Shown here: positions 1 to 13,725 of the stretch, one piece after another
Layout: every line of letters begins with the position of its first letter
Numbering within the stretch: the first letter of the stretch is position 1
NCBI RefSeq assembly: GCF_963921235.1
Contig: NC_086097.1
Location: forward strand, 116,190,001-116,254,000
From: Mobula hypostoma
Lineage: Eukaryota
Direction: 5' to 3'
Length of the DNA stretch: 64,000 nucleotides
Position numbers and translations under genes: made by a program
Notes under the pieces: model-generated
What the model was told of the DNA's origin: nothing
Databases searched by the model: none
Seen by the model: the letters and a program-made list of their open reading frames with translations, nothing else

Positions 1-1255
1 AAGTGCAACACCTGGCACTTCACAGTTTTAAATTCCATCTATTGTTCTCAATGCACCTTTCCAGCAAGCCCAAATCCAACTACAAGTTTTGATCGTCTTT
101 CTTACTGTCCACTTCACGCCTAATCTTGGTGTCAGCTACAAATTTGCTGATTCAGTTAACCATATTATCATCCAGATCATTAATATAGATGACAAACAAC
201 AATGGACCCAACACTGATCCCTGCCGCATTCCACTAGTCACAGGCCTCCAGTCAGTGAGGCAACCATCTTCTACCACTCTCTGGCTTCTCCCACAAGGCC
301 AATGTCTAATCCAATTTACTACCTCATCTTCAATGTCAAGCCTCTGAACCATCTTGACCAATCTCCCATGTGGGACCTTGTCAAGTGCCTTGCTAAAGTC
401 TACACAGACAACATCCGCTGCCTTGCCTTCATCAACTTTCCCAGTAACCTCCTCAAAAAACTCTATAAGATTGATTAAGCATGACCTCTATGCACAAAGT
501 TATGCTGACTGTCCTCAATCAATCCATGTCTGTCTATCCAAATATATCCGGTCCCTTAGGATACCTTCCAATAACTATCCCATTACTCGTGTCAATCTCA
601 CCAGCCTATAATTTCATGGTTTATTTTTAGTGCCTTGCTTAAACAGTGAAACAACATTGGCTATCCTACAATCCTCTGGTACATCACCTGTGGCAAAGGA
701 TAATTTAAATATCTTTGCCAGGGCCCCAGCAATTTCTGCCCTTTCTTCTCGTATGACCAGAAGGAACACCTTGTTAGTTCCTGTGGAGGAAGCAAACACT
801 TCCTCTGTTGCAATCTGTATCAAGTCTATGAAATTGATGCTGCTTTGCCTGACTTCTATAGACTGTGTCCATCTCCTGAGCAAATACAGGTGCAAAAAAT
901 GCATTTATCATATCCCCCCGCTCTGTTTTGGCTCCATGTATAGATTACCATTCTGATCTTTCAAAGGACCAATTTTGTCCTTCACTCCTTTTCCTCATAC
1001 TATACCTGTAGAATTGTTTAGGATCCTCCTTCACCTTGTCTGCTAAGGCAACCTTATGCCTTCTTTTAGCCCTCCTGATTTCTTTCTTAAGTGTTCTCTT
1101 GTATTTCTTATACTCCAATAGCATCTCATTTGTTCCAACTTGCCTATACCTGCAGTATATCTCTTTTATTTTCATAACCAGGGCTTTAATACCTCTTGAA
1201 AACCAGGGGTCCCTAAACCTGTTATCTTTACCTTTTATTCTGACAGGCACATATA
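1..1255 (-). mobile_element. CR1 LINE ORF2 (RT) fragment, degraded
   Basis: Minus ORFs 152-361 (VTSGMRQGSVLGPLLFVIYINDLD), 614-904 (VPEDCRIANVVSLFK) and 945-1250 are CR1 ORF2 motifs broken by stops and frameshifts. Confidence 0.93.
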
Positions 1256-1261
1256 ATTAGA

Positions 1262-1665
1262 TTTTTTTTAGATTAGATTCAACTTTATTGTCGTTGTGCC
1301 AAGTATGGATACAAAGCCAATGAAATGCAGTTAACATCTGACCAGAAATGCAAAGAATAGTGTTATTTACAAATTAACCATGAATAAAAAGTAAGTGCTA
1401 CAGCACACAAATATAAAAGTTATAAGACAGTACAATATGGGTGCAATACTGCTTAGGCTGTGATGTGAGGTTCAGTAGGGTCACAGCTTCAGGGAAGAAG
1501 CTCCTCCTGAGCCTGCTGGTGCAGGAGCGGAGGCTCCTGTAGCGCCTACCAAATGGGAGGAGAGTAAAAAATCCATGGGTTAGGGTGAGATGCATCCTTA
1601 ATAATGCTTTTTGCCCTGCCCAGGCAGCGTTTATGGTAGATGTTCTAAATGGTGGGCAATTGGGT
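1262..1665 (-). mobile_element. Rex/Babar-type LINE 3' end
   Basis: ORF 1398-1670 has FTLLPFGRRYRSL...RSFFPEAVTLLN, a typical Rex/Babar C-terminus; the minus strand shows AATAAA followed by a (AATCT)n tail near 1270-1290. Confidence 0.8.
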
Positions 1666-1774
1666 GCCAATATAAGCTTTGTATTCTGAAAATTTCAGTT
1701 TTAAAGGCCTTCCACTTACCAAGTACAACTTTGCCGGAAAACAGCCTATCCAGATCCACACTTATGAGATCCTT

Positions 1775-2125
1775 TCACCTGTACCTAATAAAGTGGCCAC
1801 TGAATGTACGTTTCTGGTCTTCTGCTGCTGTAGTCCATCCACTTCAAAGTTCAACATATTGTGCATTCAGAGATGCTCTTCTGCACATCGCTGTTGTTAT
1901 ATATGGTCACTTGAGTTAGTGTTGCCTTGCTGTCAGCTTGAACTAGTTTGGTCATTCTCCTCCGACCTTTCTCATTAACAAGACATTTTTGCCTGCAGAA
2001 CCGCTGCTCACTGGATGCTTTTTTTTTTGTTTTTCGCACCATTCTCTGTAAACTCTAGAGACTGTTGCGTGTGAAAATCCCAACAGATCATCAGTGTCTG
2101 AGAAACCCAAACATCCCCACCCTAA
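1775..2125 (-). mobile_element. Tc1-type non-autonomous DNA transposon fragment
   Basis: TIR motif GTACCTAATAAAGTGGCCACTGA; transposase HTH remnant SDTDDLLGFSHATVSRVYREWCEK. Confidence 0.85.
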
Positions 2126-2320
2126 CCTAATCACAGGACAACTTACATCAACCAGTCAACCTACCAGGTACATCTTTGGATTGTGGGAGGAAACCGGAGA
2201 AAGACCACACATACCATCGGGAGGATGTACAGTGACTCCTTATAGAACAGTACCAGAATTGAACTCCTAACTCCGGAATGCTCTGAGCTGTAATAACATC
2301 ATACGAACCGCTATGCTACC
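2125..2320 (-). mobile_element. HE1/V-SINE-like fragment
   Basis: TGTGGGAGGAAACCGGAG is the reverse complement of the V-SINE core. Confidence 0.7.
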
Positions 2321-2659
2321 TTTCAGTGCACTTTTAATGATGCTGAGTATTGGGTTGATGAGTTAATGGTCATCTTTAGTGTTGCATCCTAACCCTGGCA
2401 GTGATACATAAATCAGAACTTCACAGGCCATGCCCCAGTCATTTTTTGATCCACAATCAATGGTAGATACAATATCACTGGCGAGTGCTCACGGCCTCTG
2501 CACATAAAGAATGAAATAATTGCATTTTTTTCACCAATTATGCCCTCAACATTTCACAAAACATCTTCCAGACACAAACAGTAAGGAAATCAAAGATGCC
2601 TGTGTGTAAAATGAGCCTAATGTAGTTGGATGTCTGTGGATCTTGGCAGATTAATAGCT

Positions 2660-2780
2660 GTAGAGAGTCTCTGTACGTTTCCCTCATGGAATGAGTGAGT
2701 TTTCCCCGGGTCCTTCGGTTTCCTCCCACAATCTAAAGACAGACCAGGTAGGTTAATTGTTCATTGTAAATTGTCCCAAA
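2660..2780 (+). mobile_element. HE1/V-SINE-like fragment
   Basis: GGTTTCCTCCCACA...GGTTAATTGTTCATTGTAAATTG. Confidence 0.7.
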
Positions 2781-3015
2781 AAATCCAGTGATCAGAAGTT
2801 CTGTGGGCAAAAATGCCTTGTTAATGAGAGAGGTCAAAGGAGAATGGACAAACTGGTTCAAGCCGACAGGAAAGCAACACTACCTCAGATAATCATGTTA
2901 TAACAGTGGTGTGCAGAAGAGCATCTCTGTCTGCACAATGTGTCGAAATTAGAAGGGCTACAGCAGCAGAAGACCACAGACATACAATCAGTGGCCACTT
3001 TATTAGGTACAGGAG
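2780..3015 (+). mobile_element. Tc1-type fragment
   Basis: Reverse-orientation match to the 1775-2125 family, including CAGTGGCCACTTTATTAGGTACA. Confidence 0.8.
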
Positions 3016-3199
3016 AAATGTTGTGAGCAATGTACCCACTGAATATGGAGGTTTCTATGTGAGCTCTCTTCAGGTGTGCTGTAGGTGGCAGCATACAAAT
3101 GGAGCTCACTGGTTTATTGTGCGCCAGCATGGCAAGCAAGTGTTTAATTCATTACAGATCAACCCAGAGTAGAGTTATCTACAGATAAGCCACATTTCT

Positions 3200-3952
3200 A
3201 CATTCATGGACTACTTTATTCAGTAGCTTCTGCTGTTATAGCCCATCCACTTCAAGATTTGACATACCATGTGTTCAGAGATGGTCTTCTGCACACCACT
3301 GTTGTAATGCATGGTTATTTGAGTTACTGTCACCTTCCCATCAGCTTGATCCAGTCTGCCAGTTCTTCACTGACCTCTCTCATTAACAAAGTGCTTTTCC
3401 CCACAGAACTGCTGCTCACTGGAAGTTGTGAAAATCCCAGGAGATCAGCAGTTTCTGAGATATTCAAACCACCCCATTTGGCACCAATGATCATTTCACG
3501 GTCTAAGTCACTTAGATCTCATTTCTTTCTTATTCTTAAGTTGTGTCTGAACACCAACTGAACACCTTCTTTTTCCTCTGACTATTTATTGCAGTTCGCT
3601 GTTCAACATAAAGGTGAATTACCACTACCCACTGGTCTGGAGTGTGGTGTAGAACCTTTACTACTTCCATTTCAAACGAAAGCTAAATTACCCCCAAAAA
3701 GCCTTATACTTTGTAAGCAATGGAAGACAATACTGCAAATTAAATTAAAGTAATTCCCATAACTTAATAAAGTTTTTAAATGAAAACTATCAACCCCCAA
3801 AGATTGTAATGAGCCCTGCATTTGATTTCTTAACAGAGCCTCTGAACCACGGCTGCATGCTTTTATGCTTTGCTGCCACTTGATTGGCTGACTAGGTATT
3901 TGCATCAATGAGCTGGTGTACAGGTGTAACTAATCAAGTGGCCATCGAGTGA
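3200..3952 (-). mobile_element. Tc1-type non-autonomous element, interrupted at about 3565-3840
   Basis: Same family; degenerate TIR motifs near 3200 and at 3925-3952. Confidence 0.75.
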
Positions 3953-4027
3953 ATCAATGTAAGAGATGATTTCTCTGAAACACAGGTTAGAAGATGCTGA
4001 GGAGAAGGAAACTTTCTACTACTTTGC

Positions 4028-4400
4028 AACTCACACAAGTTGCTGGAGGAACTCAGCAAGTCAGGCAGCACCTATGGAGAACAATGCGCAGTTGACAGTT
4101 CATCAGGACTGGAAAGGAAGAGAGAAGAAGCCCGAATAAGAAGGTGGGGGGAAAGAGAAGAAGTATGACCTGGCAGATCATAGGTGAAACCAGGTGAGGC
4201 TAAAGGTGAGTGGGTGAGGCGGTGGGGGGGGGGGGCGGTGCGTTGTTGAAGTGAAAAGCTGGGAGTTGACAGGTTGAACAGGTAAAGGACCTAAGAAGGG
4301 ATCTGATAGGAAGGGGAAGAGTACCATGGGAGCAAGAGAAGGAGAAGGGGCATCAGTGGGAGGTGATGGGCAGAAGAGGAGAAGAGGCAAGAGGGGAGCC
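4028..4400 (-). mobile_element. Penelope 3'-end-derived non-autonomous repeat
   Basis: GCTGGAGGAACTCAGCAAGTCAGGCAGCA plus CATCAGGACT (reverse complement of the AGTCCTGATG hammerhead start) and a purine-rich tract resembling the reverse complement of 42900-43255. Confidence 0.7.
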
Positions 4401-5074
4401 AGAATTCAAGATGTGTTATGGATGTCACCAATAGTGGAGTCTGGCTGGATGTTGAATACTTGCAGACAGACCAAGTCAACTTGTGTTAGATCAAAACCAT
4501 TCTTTGCCTTGTTTACAGAACTCAATGAAAAGATATTTTCCCAGCCTTTCTTATTACTTCATGGGAAGCCAAAACAAGTTATTGATTCTTTTACACTCAG
4601 TGACCTGTCTGTTCATTACCCCAGGACTCATTATCCCAAAGCATAGCTGCCTAGCCTGCAGAGTATCCTTTGCGATCCTCGCTCTCGTACACTAGATCCT
4701 GGTTTTGAACTATTTAATCATTGACAGATTTAACTGATTTGCCTTTGGCAATTATGCTTTAAGCTCCTAAGTCCCTAAGTATAGAATTCCTTCCTTAAGC
4801 CTTTCTATTCTTTTTCAAAGTCAAAGTAAATTTATAACGCACAAGTATTTTCTTATGTAGCTTGGCTTCAGTTTTTGTTTTATTACAGCTCTGGAGCAGT
4901 TTTTACCACATACATTGGTAAACTGGTTTATTATTGTTACATGTACTCAGAAACAATGTAAAACTTGTCTTGCATATCGTTCATGCAGATCATTTCAGAA
5001 CAACAATGCATTGAGGTAATGCAAGGGAAACAATACCAGTAAACAGAATGAAGTGTTATATCTGCAGCAAAAGT

Positions 5075-5740
5075 GGAGGCGAGGTGAAGTTCTGATGGCG
5101 CTAAACGGCGACTCCTTAGCTTGCATCTTTGGAAACAGCTCTATTTCCATCTTTAATATCTTTATTTTTCCCTTTCAGGGTTCTTTTCAAGACACTGACC
5201 TGGAGTTACATGCTGACTTTGGTTCTTTGCGGGAATGGGACCCGCTCTCAGGTTTCCATAACTGGCCGCTGTTCGGCACGCCAAGGGTTCGGCCTGAGAG
5301 TCCGGCTGAAATTCAGAAGTCTAAGATCTCGGGGTTCTGGAGACGGGCAGATCGAGGGTTGTTGTCATGGCAGGAGACCCATGTGTCGTCGGGGGAGTCA
5401 GGATATCTGCTGTGGGCCCAAAGACCTGAGATCCTTGCAATCTACGGGCACAGAGCTTGGAAAAAGTGATGTAACTGACATTTAACATCGTAAGCCAGTG
5501 ATTTTGGTGGAAAAATGGAGACACCTTTTACTCCCTTATTCAGGGAGAGAGAAAATCTGCAGTATGTCATATGCTGGACGAAACACGAAGTCTTTGGGGT
5601 AACTGCAAGTCTGTGTCTTTGCTGTAGCTTTGCTCACACTGAATGCTCGGTGGTGATACCGATGCTAGCTTTTTTTTTTGCCGGTGGTGGGGAGGAGGGA
5701 TTGTTGCTTGCTGCCGCTGGAGAGGGAGAACACAAAGCAC
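5075..5740 (+). mobile_element. Unclassified non-coding interspersed element
   Basis: GC/CpG-richer block starting with GATGGCGC, inserted into an AT-rich LINE tail; similar 5' architecture to the 17001-18009 and 21457-22193 elements. Confidence 0.4.
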
Positions 5741-6819
5741 ATGTATAGACAACAGATCAATACGTAGTGCTGGGGAAGGGCAGCGGCGGTCATTGCACTA
5801 AAAGAAATAGAACCATACGTTACAGGAAGGGCAGAAGAAAGGATGTCTGAGTGGTTGGGGTGTTTGATTGTGCTGGCTGCTTTATTGAGGCAAAATGATA
5901 AATGCTAACTGTTACTGTAAATAGATACATCCTGCATTATTTCATTTTCCTGTCAGGTTAAATTGGAGGGTCACTTAATCTGTGTGGAAAGTACATTCTT
6001 CAAAATGTGTTGATTTAATTAATAATTAGTGTTGGTATAACCCTGAAGTTGTTGTCAGCCTAACATCAGCACGACATATTTAACTAATAAGCATTAACTA
6101 TTTTTTTCACTGTGTGCAATATGGCTGAGTTCCATGTTGTTTAATTTAGTTGTGGGATCATGTTTATATATGCTAATAATGCTTGTATGATTGGAGTCAA
6201 ATGAGCTTTTTGTGGGTGAAAGCTGTCATCTTTGATGTGAATAAATGAGATCAGAATCAGTATATATTATGAATGGTTACTAGAATGCGATGTCTATCTA
6301 TGTATCAAGTTGGAGAAGAATTAGAATTGCTCTTCTACCTGCAGTAATTTTTTTTGAATACCCTGCTAGAGAAGAGATGATTTTTAATGGTGTAATCAAA
6401 GCCAGGGTGAATAAGCTCACCGTTAGAAAACTACGTTAGAAACATGTTCTCAGGCGCAACTCTCTGTAAAGGCAGTTTACAAAGGAACACACATTCTGTG
6501 CAACCCTTTGAACATGAACAGTTACGTGCCATTTTCAGGATCTGAGCATACCTTTTTGCCCTCTGGTGCTCTGTTCATGCCTACTACTTAAGTAAGGATT
6601 GCCATAGTTAAGAAACTAAATTCTTTTCTTTAGGCAATTTAAAAATAGAAATTATGATTGCTGGCATGCATATGCTAAAGTCTATCTGCTCCTCCCAAAT
6701 TTTATTCCAGCCTCTAACTAATACATAAAGCTGGATTTTGTATCAATAATAATTCCTGTTTTAAAGTCTGCAGCTGATTCAATTGCCAGGACACTAACTT
6801 CACTGCTGGTGGTACAGCC

Positions 6820-7226
6820 TTAAATGGGTGGTGGGGTGGTGGAGATACGTCTCGACCAAAGGAAGTGTAAGGCATTCCTTCCCTCTGTTAGCATGCTACT
6901 TATTCTTGGCCAAAGTGTATCACCTGCCGAGTGCCCCCCCCAAAAAAAACAGGGTCACGTGAAGCCATGGGAGCACGAGGCACGAGGTGGATGGCTGTAT
7001 GGGCAGCTGGTGCGTATCACTGGTCCTGGTTATGCAACCACTGACACCAGGCAGACAATCTCTGAAGAGTATAGAAAATGGCTGGGGTCACCTGTCTTAT
7101 AAAGATACTGCCTGGAAGAAGGCAATGGCAAACCACTTCTGTAGAAAAATTTACCAAGAGCAATTATGGTTATGGAAAGACCATGATCATCCACATCATG
7201 TGACACGGTGCATAACGACGATGACA
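6820..7226 (+). mobile_element. RTE-related SINE-like element
   Basis: GAAGAAGGCAATGGCAAACCACTTCTGTA resembles the RTE/BovA motif; ends in a short ACG/ATG triplet tail. Confidence 0.55.
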
Positions 7227-8402
7227 GAGTGTTAAATTCAAGCTTGTATCTTATATTGAGCAAGGTTGTGCAGTACAATAGTGTAGCAGTTAGTGCAATG
7301 ATTTGCAGTGCCAGTGTTCACCGATTGGAGTTCAGTTTCCACACTATGTACTTTCTCCCCACACTGCAATGCTTCCGGCTGCCCTCAGCCTATCCTCAGA
7401 CTGTATTGCAAATGACACATTTCACTGCGTGTTTCGATGTACATGTGACAAATAAAACTAATCAAAATTTTCTTTTTAATTCACAATCACGATGACTTGG
7501 AACTTTTTCTGTATATGCAGCCAAAAAAACATGCATAATATTGCGAAATATGTTACACATGTGCACCACATAAACCGTGTTTGCAATGTGAACTGCTCGG
7601 AAAATGTATTGCATCATCCTGGCAAGTCTTCAGCAGAAACTTCATGAATCCAAATCCACAATCTCAAAGACATGGAATACTAAGGGCTTTGGGAACTTGG
7701 AAACACCATGACTTACATGTCAATCTGGCAAGACGATGATGCTAAGGACCCAAGTGCTGATGTATCCAAGATTAGACTCAAGACACAATTTCAAGACTGA
7801 GACAAGAACAGGATTCTTGACTTGATGGTAGACTGGAATCCAAACGAGACTGAAATCCAAAAAGCAATCACAGACTGAAGTAAATTTGAGCTGACAATTG
7901 ATTATTAAATACATGGCTGTCAACTAGTGGAATGGGCACTACGCCAGCTAGCCATACTCTGGAAAATCAGAGCATCTAAACCCCGGAATCTGGCATGGTC
8001 AGATGCGTACTCCCAAGACACATGCCAACTTTCTTCTTCCTGTGTCCATTGCCATTCGTCGATTCTTCTGCTGCAGGGTGTGGTGGTCCTTGTTTATTTG
8101 GTGGATGATGACAGGGAATCCACAATCAGAGAGACTCCCAGCACCATGCCATTAGTGCCCAGCAGCTGGTCCTTACATTAGACTGACTTGGATCTGTACA
8201 ACCACTTGTTCACTGCTATTGTGTCTAAGTGTAGCAATTCCAAATCTAACAGTACTATTGGGGAACCATCACCAAAGAAGTTGTTACATTTCAAGAAAGT
8301 AGCTCACAATCACCAAAGACCTAATAGAAATGAGCAATACATGCAGGAAACACCAAACACACAGTTAGATCCCTCAAAGTTGCCGTGAAAGTTGATAGAG
8401 TG

Positions 8403-8915
8403 TGTAACTCTGGCTTCGGCTAGTGGCTTAATATAGGGGGTGATAGCCCCCGGCCCAGCCAAAGTTAAGAAATCTCGTTTGGGTGGATGCTGTGTGATGT
8501 GTTTCCTGTTACAAATCAGTACCCAGAAATAACAAACAGCATAAAATATGCAATTAAACGATTAAGCTTTATAATTCTTACTTTGACCATATGGTTAGTA
8601 AAGAAAACAAACAAAAAAAAGGGCCCATTCTTATAAAGCAGTCTATTCTGCAATGTTGGAGCTCACTGATAAGTCGATCATCCACCATCGACTGCCTCCG
8701 ATCGTCACTGCTCTTCGGACCCTCGCTCCAAGTCCACTCCATCCAGTGGTCTACCAACTCTCTCCATTCGCATTTTCTTTCCTCATCCCTCCCCGGCAAA
8801 AGACCGTGAAAATCTCTCTTCCAGACTCAAAAGAAAGATCAACAGCATTCCAAACCCCGTTATCTCTAGTCATAACCCAAACATTACTGCTACATAGAAA
8901 CCATTACATGTTACA
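8403..8915. mobile_element. Solo LTR
   Basis: TGTAAC...GTTACA termini with exact 4-bp TSD AGTG (8399-8402, 8916-8919). Confidence 0.85.
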
Positions 8916-9261
8916 AGTGGTTAAGAAGGCGTAAAGAGTGTTGGCCTTTATTAGTAAGGAAGTTGAGTTCAAGAGCCGTGAAGTAATGTTGCAGCTCTCT
9001 AAAACATTGGTAGGACCACACTTGGAATATGGTGTTCAGTTCCGGTAACCTCATTATAAGATGTGGAAGGTTTAGAGAGGGTGCAGAGGAGATTTACCAG
9101 GATGTTGCCTGGATTAGCGAGTATGTATTAAGAAAATTGGTTGAGCAAGCTAGGGTTTTTCTCTTTGGAGTGAAGGAAGATGAGAGATGACTTGATAGAG
9201 CTGTACAATATGATAACAGGCGTAGATTGTGTGGACAGCCAGAGACATTTTCCCAGGGCAG

Positions 9262-10556
9262 ATGATAAAAAAAGAGGAAGTACTGGTGCTTTGAAGGAAT
9301 GTAAAAGTGGATAAGTCTCTGGGTCCTGACAGGATATTCCCTAGGACCTTGAGGGAAGTTAGTGTGGAAATAGCAGGGGCTCTGACTGAAATGTTTCAAA
9401 AGTCATTAGAAACGGGGATGGTGCCAGAGGATTGGCATATTGCTCATGTTGTTCCATTGTTTACAAAGGGTTCTAAAAGTAAACCTAGCAATTATTGGCC
9501 TGTGAATTTCACGTCAGTGGTGGGTAAATTGATTGAAAGCATTCTTAGAGATTGTATATATAATTATCTGGATAGACAGGGTCTGATTAGGAACAGTCAA
9601 CATGTATTTGTGTGTGGAAAGTCATGTTTGACAAATCTTATTGAATTTTCGAAGCGGTTACTAGGAAAGTTGACGAGGGTAAAGCAGTGGATGTTGTCTA
9701 TATGGACTTCAGTAAGACCTTTGACAAGGTTCCACACGGAAGGTTGGTTAGGATGGTTCAATCGTTAGGTATTAATATTGAAGTAGTAGAATGGATTCAG
9801 CAGTGGCCGGATGGGAGACGCCAGAGAGTAGTGGTAGATAACTGTTTGTCAGATTGGAGGCCAGTGACTAGTGGTGTGCCTCAGGGATTTGTACTGGGTC
9901 CAATGTTGTTTGTCATATACATTAATGATCTGGATGATGGGGTGGTAAATTGGATGAGTAAGTATGCAGATGATACTAAGATAGGTGGAGTTGTGGATAA
10001 TGAAATAGGTTTTCAAAGCTTGCAGAGAGATTTAGGCCAGTTAGGCTGAAAGATGGCAGATGGAATTTAATGCTGATAAATGTGAGGTGCTACATTTTGG
10101 TAGGACTAATCAAAATAGGACATACGTGGTAAATGGTAGAGCATTGAAGAATGCAGTAGAACAGAAGGATCTAGGAATAATGGTGCATAGTTGCCTGAAG
10201 GTGGAATCTCACGTGGATAGGGTGGTGAAGAAAGCTTTTGGTATGCTGCCCTTTATAAATCAGAGCATTGAGTATAGGAGTTGGGATGTTATGTTGAAAT
10301 TGTACAAGGCATTGGTGAGGCCAGATTTGGAGTATTCTGTACAGTTTTGGTCACCGAATTATCGGAAAGATGTCAACAAAATAGAGAGACTACAGAGAAG
10401 ATTTAATAGAATTGGACAGCTATATGGACAGGAAAGGAATAGAGGGTTATGGGCTGAGTGCGGGTCAGTGGGACCAGGTGAGAGTAAGAGTTCGGCACGG
10501 ACTAGAAGGGCCGAGATGGCCTGTTTCCGTGCTGTAATTGTTATATGGTTATATGG
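9262..10556 (+). mobile_element. CR1 LINE RT fragment with 3' tail
   Basis: ORFs 9307-9768, 9687-10049 (SGVPQG...KYADDTKIGG) and 10060 onward; internal deletion near 10405; (TATATGGT)n tail. Confidence 0.95.
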
Positions 10557-10984
10557 TTCAATGGATAATAAGAGTAGGCATAATTGTAGGGTAATTGGAG
10601 AAATGTGTATCTGGGAGGCATGTTCTTCACACAGGGAGAGGTGAGTGCATGGAATACCTGCATGGTGGTGGAGCAAGATACATTGGGAACATTAAAGAAA
10701 CTCTAAGATAGGCACCTGGATGATAGGAAAATGGGGGGCTATGTAGGAAGGAAGGGTTAGGTTGATCTTAGAGTAGGCTAAAAGGTCAGCACCACATTGT
10801 AGGCTGAAGGGCCTGTAATGTGCACCAGTGTTCTATATCTATATTTTGTTCTTAACTTGCAAATTATTAAACTGTAAGCATGCTGGGAATATCTTGTACT
10901 GAGGGTGATACCTCTGTCTGATGCTGACGATTGATGGGTGGGCAACACTGACTCATCCTCCTTGACAACTACAACTGAGATTAT

Positions 10985-11092
10985 ACATTCAGTGGCCACG
11001 TGATTAGGTAGACATATACATATATATGTTAATCCAAATATCTGTTCAGCCAACCATGTGGCAGCAACTCAATGCATAAAAGCATGCAGATA
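10985..11092 (+). mobile_element. Tc1-type 5' terminus fragment
   Basis: TA-CATTCAGTGGCCAC...ATTAGGTA followed by the family 5' sequence. Confidence 0.7.
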
Positions 11093-11364
11093 GCACGCCA
11101 AAAAATTCCCATTAAAGCACATTTCTCATCCCCGACCTGCCTGTGGCCTCCTTTGTCGACTTAACTGTAACTGCTCCCCCTCCCCTGAAAAAAGCCGAAA
11201 TCTCACGACAGCTTTTTTAAAATCACTCGCTTCTGGAGCTGTGGGAAGCCTCCTGTGCTGATACAACTGCAATTGTGCCTCTGAAAAAAATATACGGTAA
11301 GAAATATATTTTTAAATGTTTAATTAAATTAGTAGTCTAAAAAGACAGCAAAAAAGAAAAAAAA

Positions 11365-13130
11365 AGAAATAGTGAGGTAGTGTGTTCATGGATAGGTTCA
11401 TTGTCCATTTAGAAATCTGAGGGCAGAAGGGAAGAAGCTGTCCCTAAAATATTGAGTGGGTGTCTTGAGGCTTCTGTATCTCCTCCTTGATGGTAGTAAT
11501 GAGAAGAGGGTGATGGGCTCCTTAATTCAAAGTTCAAATTTATTATCAAATTCACTTAGAGCAAGTATAAGACAGTTGCATGTTCAATTTCCAAAAGAGT
11601 TCAAATTGCAGACATAGCTTTTTTTGAAAAGTAACCAACAACATGTGGAACATGAACTGCAGAGTCTCTGAGTCATCAGTAAGTTTTAGATGGTGTTTGA
11701 GCTGTGCCTAGCCACACAGTCGTAGGTGCAGAGAGAGTAGAGCAGTGGGCTAAGCACATATCCTTGAGGAGTGTCAGTGTTGATTGTCAGCAAGGAGGTG
11801 ATGTTATTGACAATTCACACTGACTGTGTTCTCCCGATGAGTATGTCAAGGATCCAATTGCAGAGGGAGCTACTGAAGCTCAGGTATTAAAGCTTTTCTG
11901 ATTAGTACGGAGGATATAATGGTGTTGGATGCTGAACTGTAATCAATAAACAGTAGTCTAATGTAGGTGGTGTTGTTCAGGTGATCCAAGGCTGAACAGA
12001 GAGTCAGGGAGATTGCATCTACTGTAGACCTACTATGGTGATAGGCAAATTGTAGCAGGTTTGGGTCCTTGTTGAGGCCTTGATCAACCTCTCAAAGCAC
12101 TTCATTACAGTAGCTGTGAGTGCAACTGGTGATCGATATTGAGGCAGCTCACCCTGTTCTTCTTGGCCACTGGTACAATTGTCGCTCTTTTGAAGCAGGT
12201 GGGAACCTCTGACTGCAGCAGTCAGAGATTGAAGACATCCTTGAGCGCTCCTGCACGTTGGTTGGTGCATGTTATCACTGCCCTGCAGGGTACATCATCA
12301 GGGCCTGACACCTTGTGAAGGTTCACCCTGTCAAAACATGTCTCATGTCCGTCTCCGAGAAAGACATCACAGGGTCACCAGATGCTGCAGGTGTGGTTTT
12401 ATTCTCCCTTTCAAGTTGTGCATAAAAGGCATTGAGCTCATCTGGAAATAGAGCATCACAGCCATTCATGATGTTAGGTTTTGTCCTGTAGGAAGCTATA
12501 CCTGCAAACCCTGCTAGAACTGACATGCATCTGATTATCTGATTCCATCTCTAACATCAATTGGAATTTTTCTTCACTCTTAAAATAGCCTTCTATAGGT
12601 TGTACCTGGACTGATTGTATAGTTCTGGATCACCAGCTGTGAATGCCATGAACCTAGCCCTCAGCAGACTATGAATTTCCTAGTTCATCCACAGCGTTTA
12701 GGTTGGGCATGCCCTGTATCCACACAGGTCTTGATGAAGTCGGCGACAACTGGAGCATATTAATTCACATTCAAAGACGAATCCCCGAAGATTGTTCAGT
12801 CCACCAATTCAAACCTGTCCTGTAAGTGTTCCTCTGTCTCCCTTGAACATATCTTCATGGTCTTCACCACTGTTGCTGTGGTCTTTAGTCTCTGCCTGTA
12901 CGCTGGAAGTAGAGGTACAGTCAGGAGATCGGACTTTCCAAAGTGCAAGTGTGGGATGGCATGGAAGCTCTTCTGATGGTGAGCTAACAATGGTCAAGTG
13001 TGTTGGCTCCTCTGGTCCCACAGATGATATGTTGGGGCTAGTTGTTCAGGGACTTCTTCCAGCTGGCCTGGGAGAATTCACCTGCAATTACAGGGAAAGC
13101 ATGGGGGGGCGCTGTTTTGTGAATACTGGT
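11365..13130 (-). mobile_element. Rex/Babar-type LINE, degraded EN-RT
   Basis: Remnants HFGKSDLLTVPLLPAYRQRLK, LFPDELNAFYAQLE and PVALTATVMKCFERL. Confidence 0.85.
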
Positions 13131-13725
13131 TATGGTGCTCAGCTCCTCCTGTGGCTGTCTGACATTGAAAGGTCAACAACAGTTGATATTACAGTATAGG
13201 AATGATTAATAAGTATCTTGCACAGTAAATGATTAATAATCCAGAACCATTCCACTGTCCATTATGTTAATAGGATTATTGCAGTGCGCCAGTTGCAGTC
13301 TTTTTTTGAATGTTCATCTTCAACGTGCTTTGAGGTGTTGCTGCTGAACAGAAATATTTATTAATCAGATCGCCCATTCATTTCAGTCCAAAGGACCTTG
13401 TGTTATCTGACAGCAAGAATTCCTCTGATGATTCAGTGAGTAAATGTATCACTAAAAAGGCTGTCTTTCATCGGGTTAGCTGACTTCATTCATGTCAGTC
13501 ACGCAAACTAACTTTGTTGACTTTAAATTATCTGAATGAATGAATGAAAGTGAAATATTCTGTTCTGAACCGTTTTTTCTCTGAAAGTATAATGTTGTGG
13601 CCATTGGATGAAGTATAGTTTGGGTTTTATTGGCATATTAACACAATAAAACATCACGGCAGTAATCCAGTTACTGGATCATGTACCAATTGTTGAAGAG
13701 AGGTAGGGTGGAAACAGGAAAAATA

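Larger units (their letters stand above)
8330..10830 (+). mobile_element. Older CR1 3' fragment split by a solo LTR and a younger CR1
   Basis: GTTGATAGAGTG|GTTAAGAAGGC rejoins across 8403-8915; CR1 3' sequence resumes near 10560 and ends with GGCTGAAGGGCCTGT. Confidence 0.8.

Noticed and set aside
4326..4695. ORFs 4326-4646 and 4483-4695
   Set aside because: The first begins in a purine-rich repeat; neither shows a recognisable domain.
6539..6591. AG...GTAAG-bounded candidate exon
   Set aside because: Weak polypyrimidine tract, stops in two frames, and an unrecognisable peptide in the third.
6820..7226. HDV-like ribozyme in the RTE-related element
   Set aside because: I could not assemble the nested double pseudoknot by eye; a descriptor search is needed.
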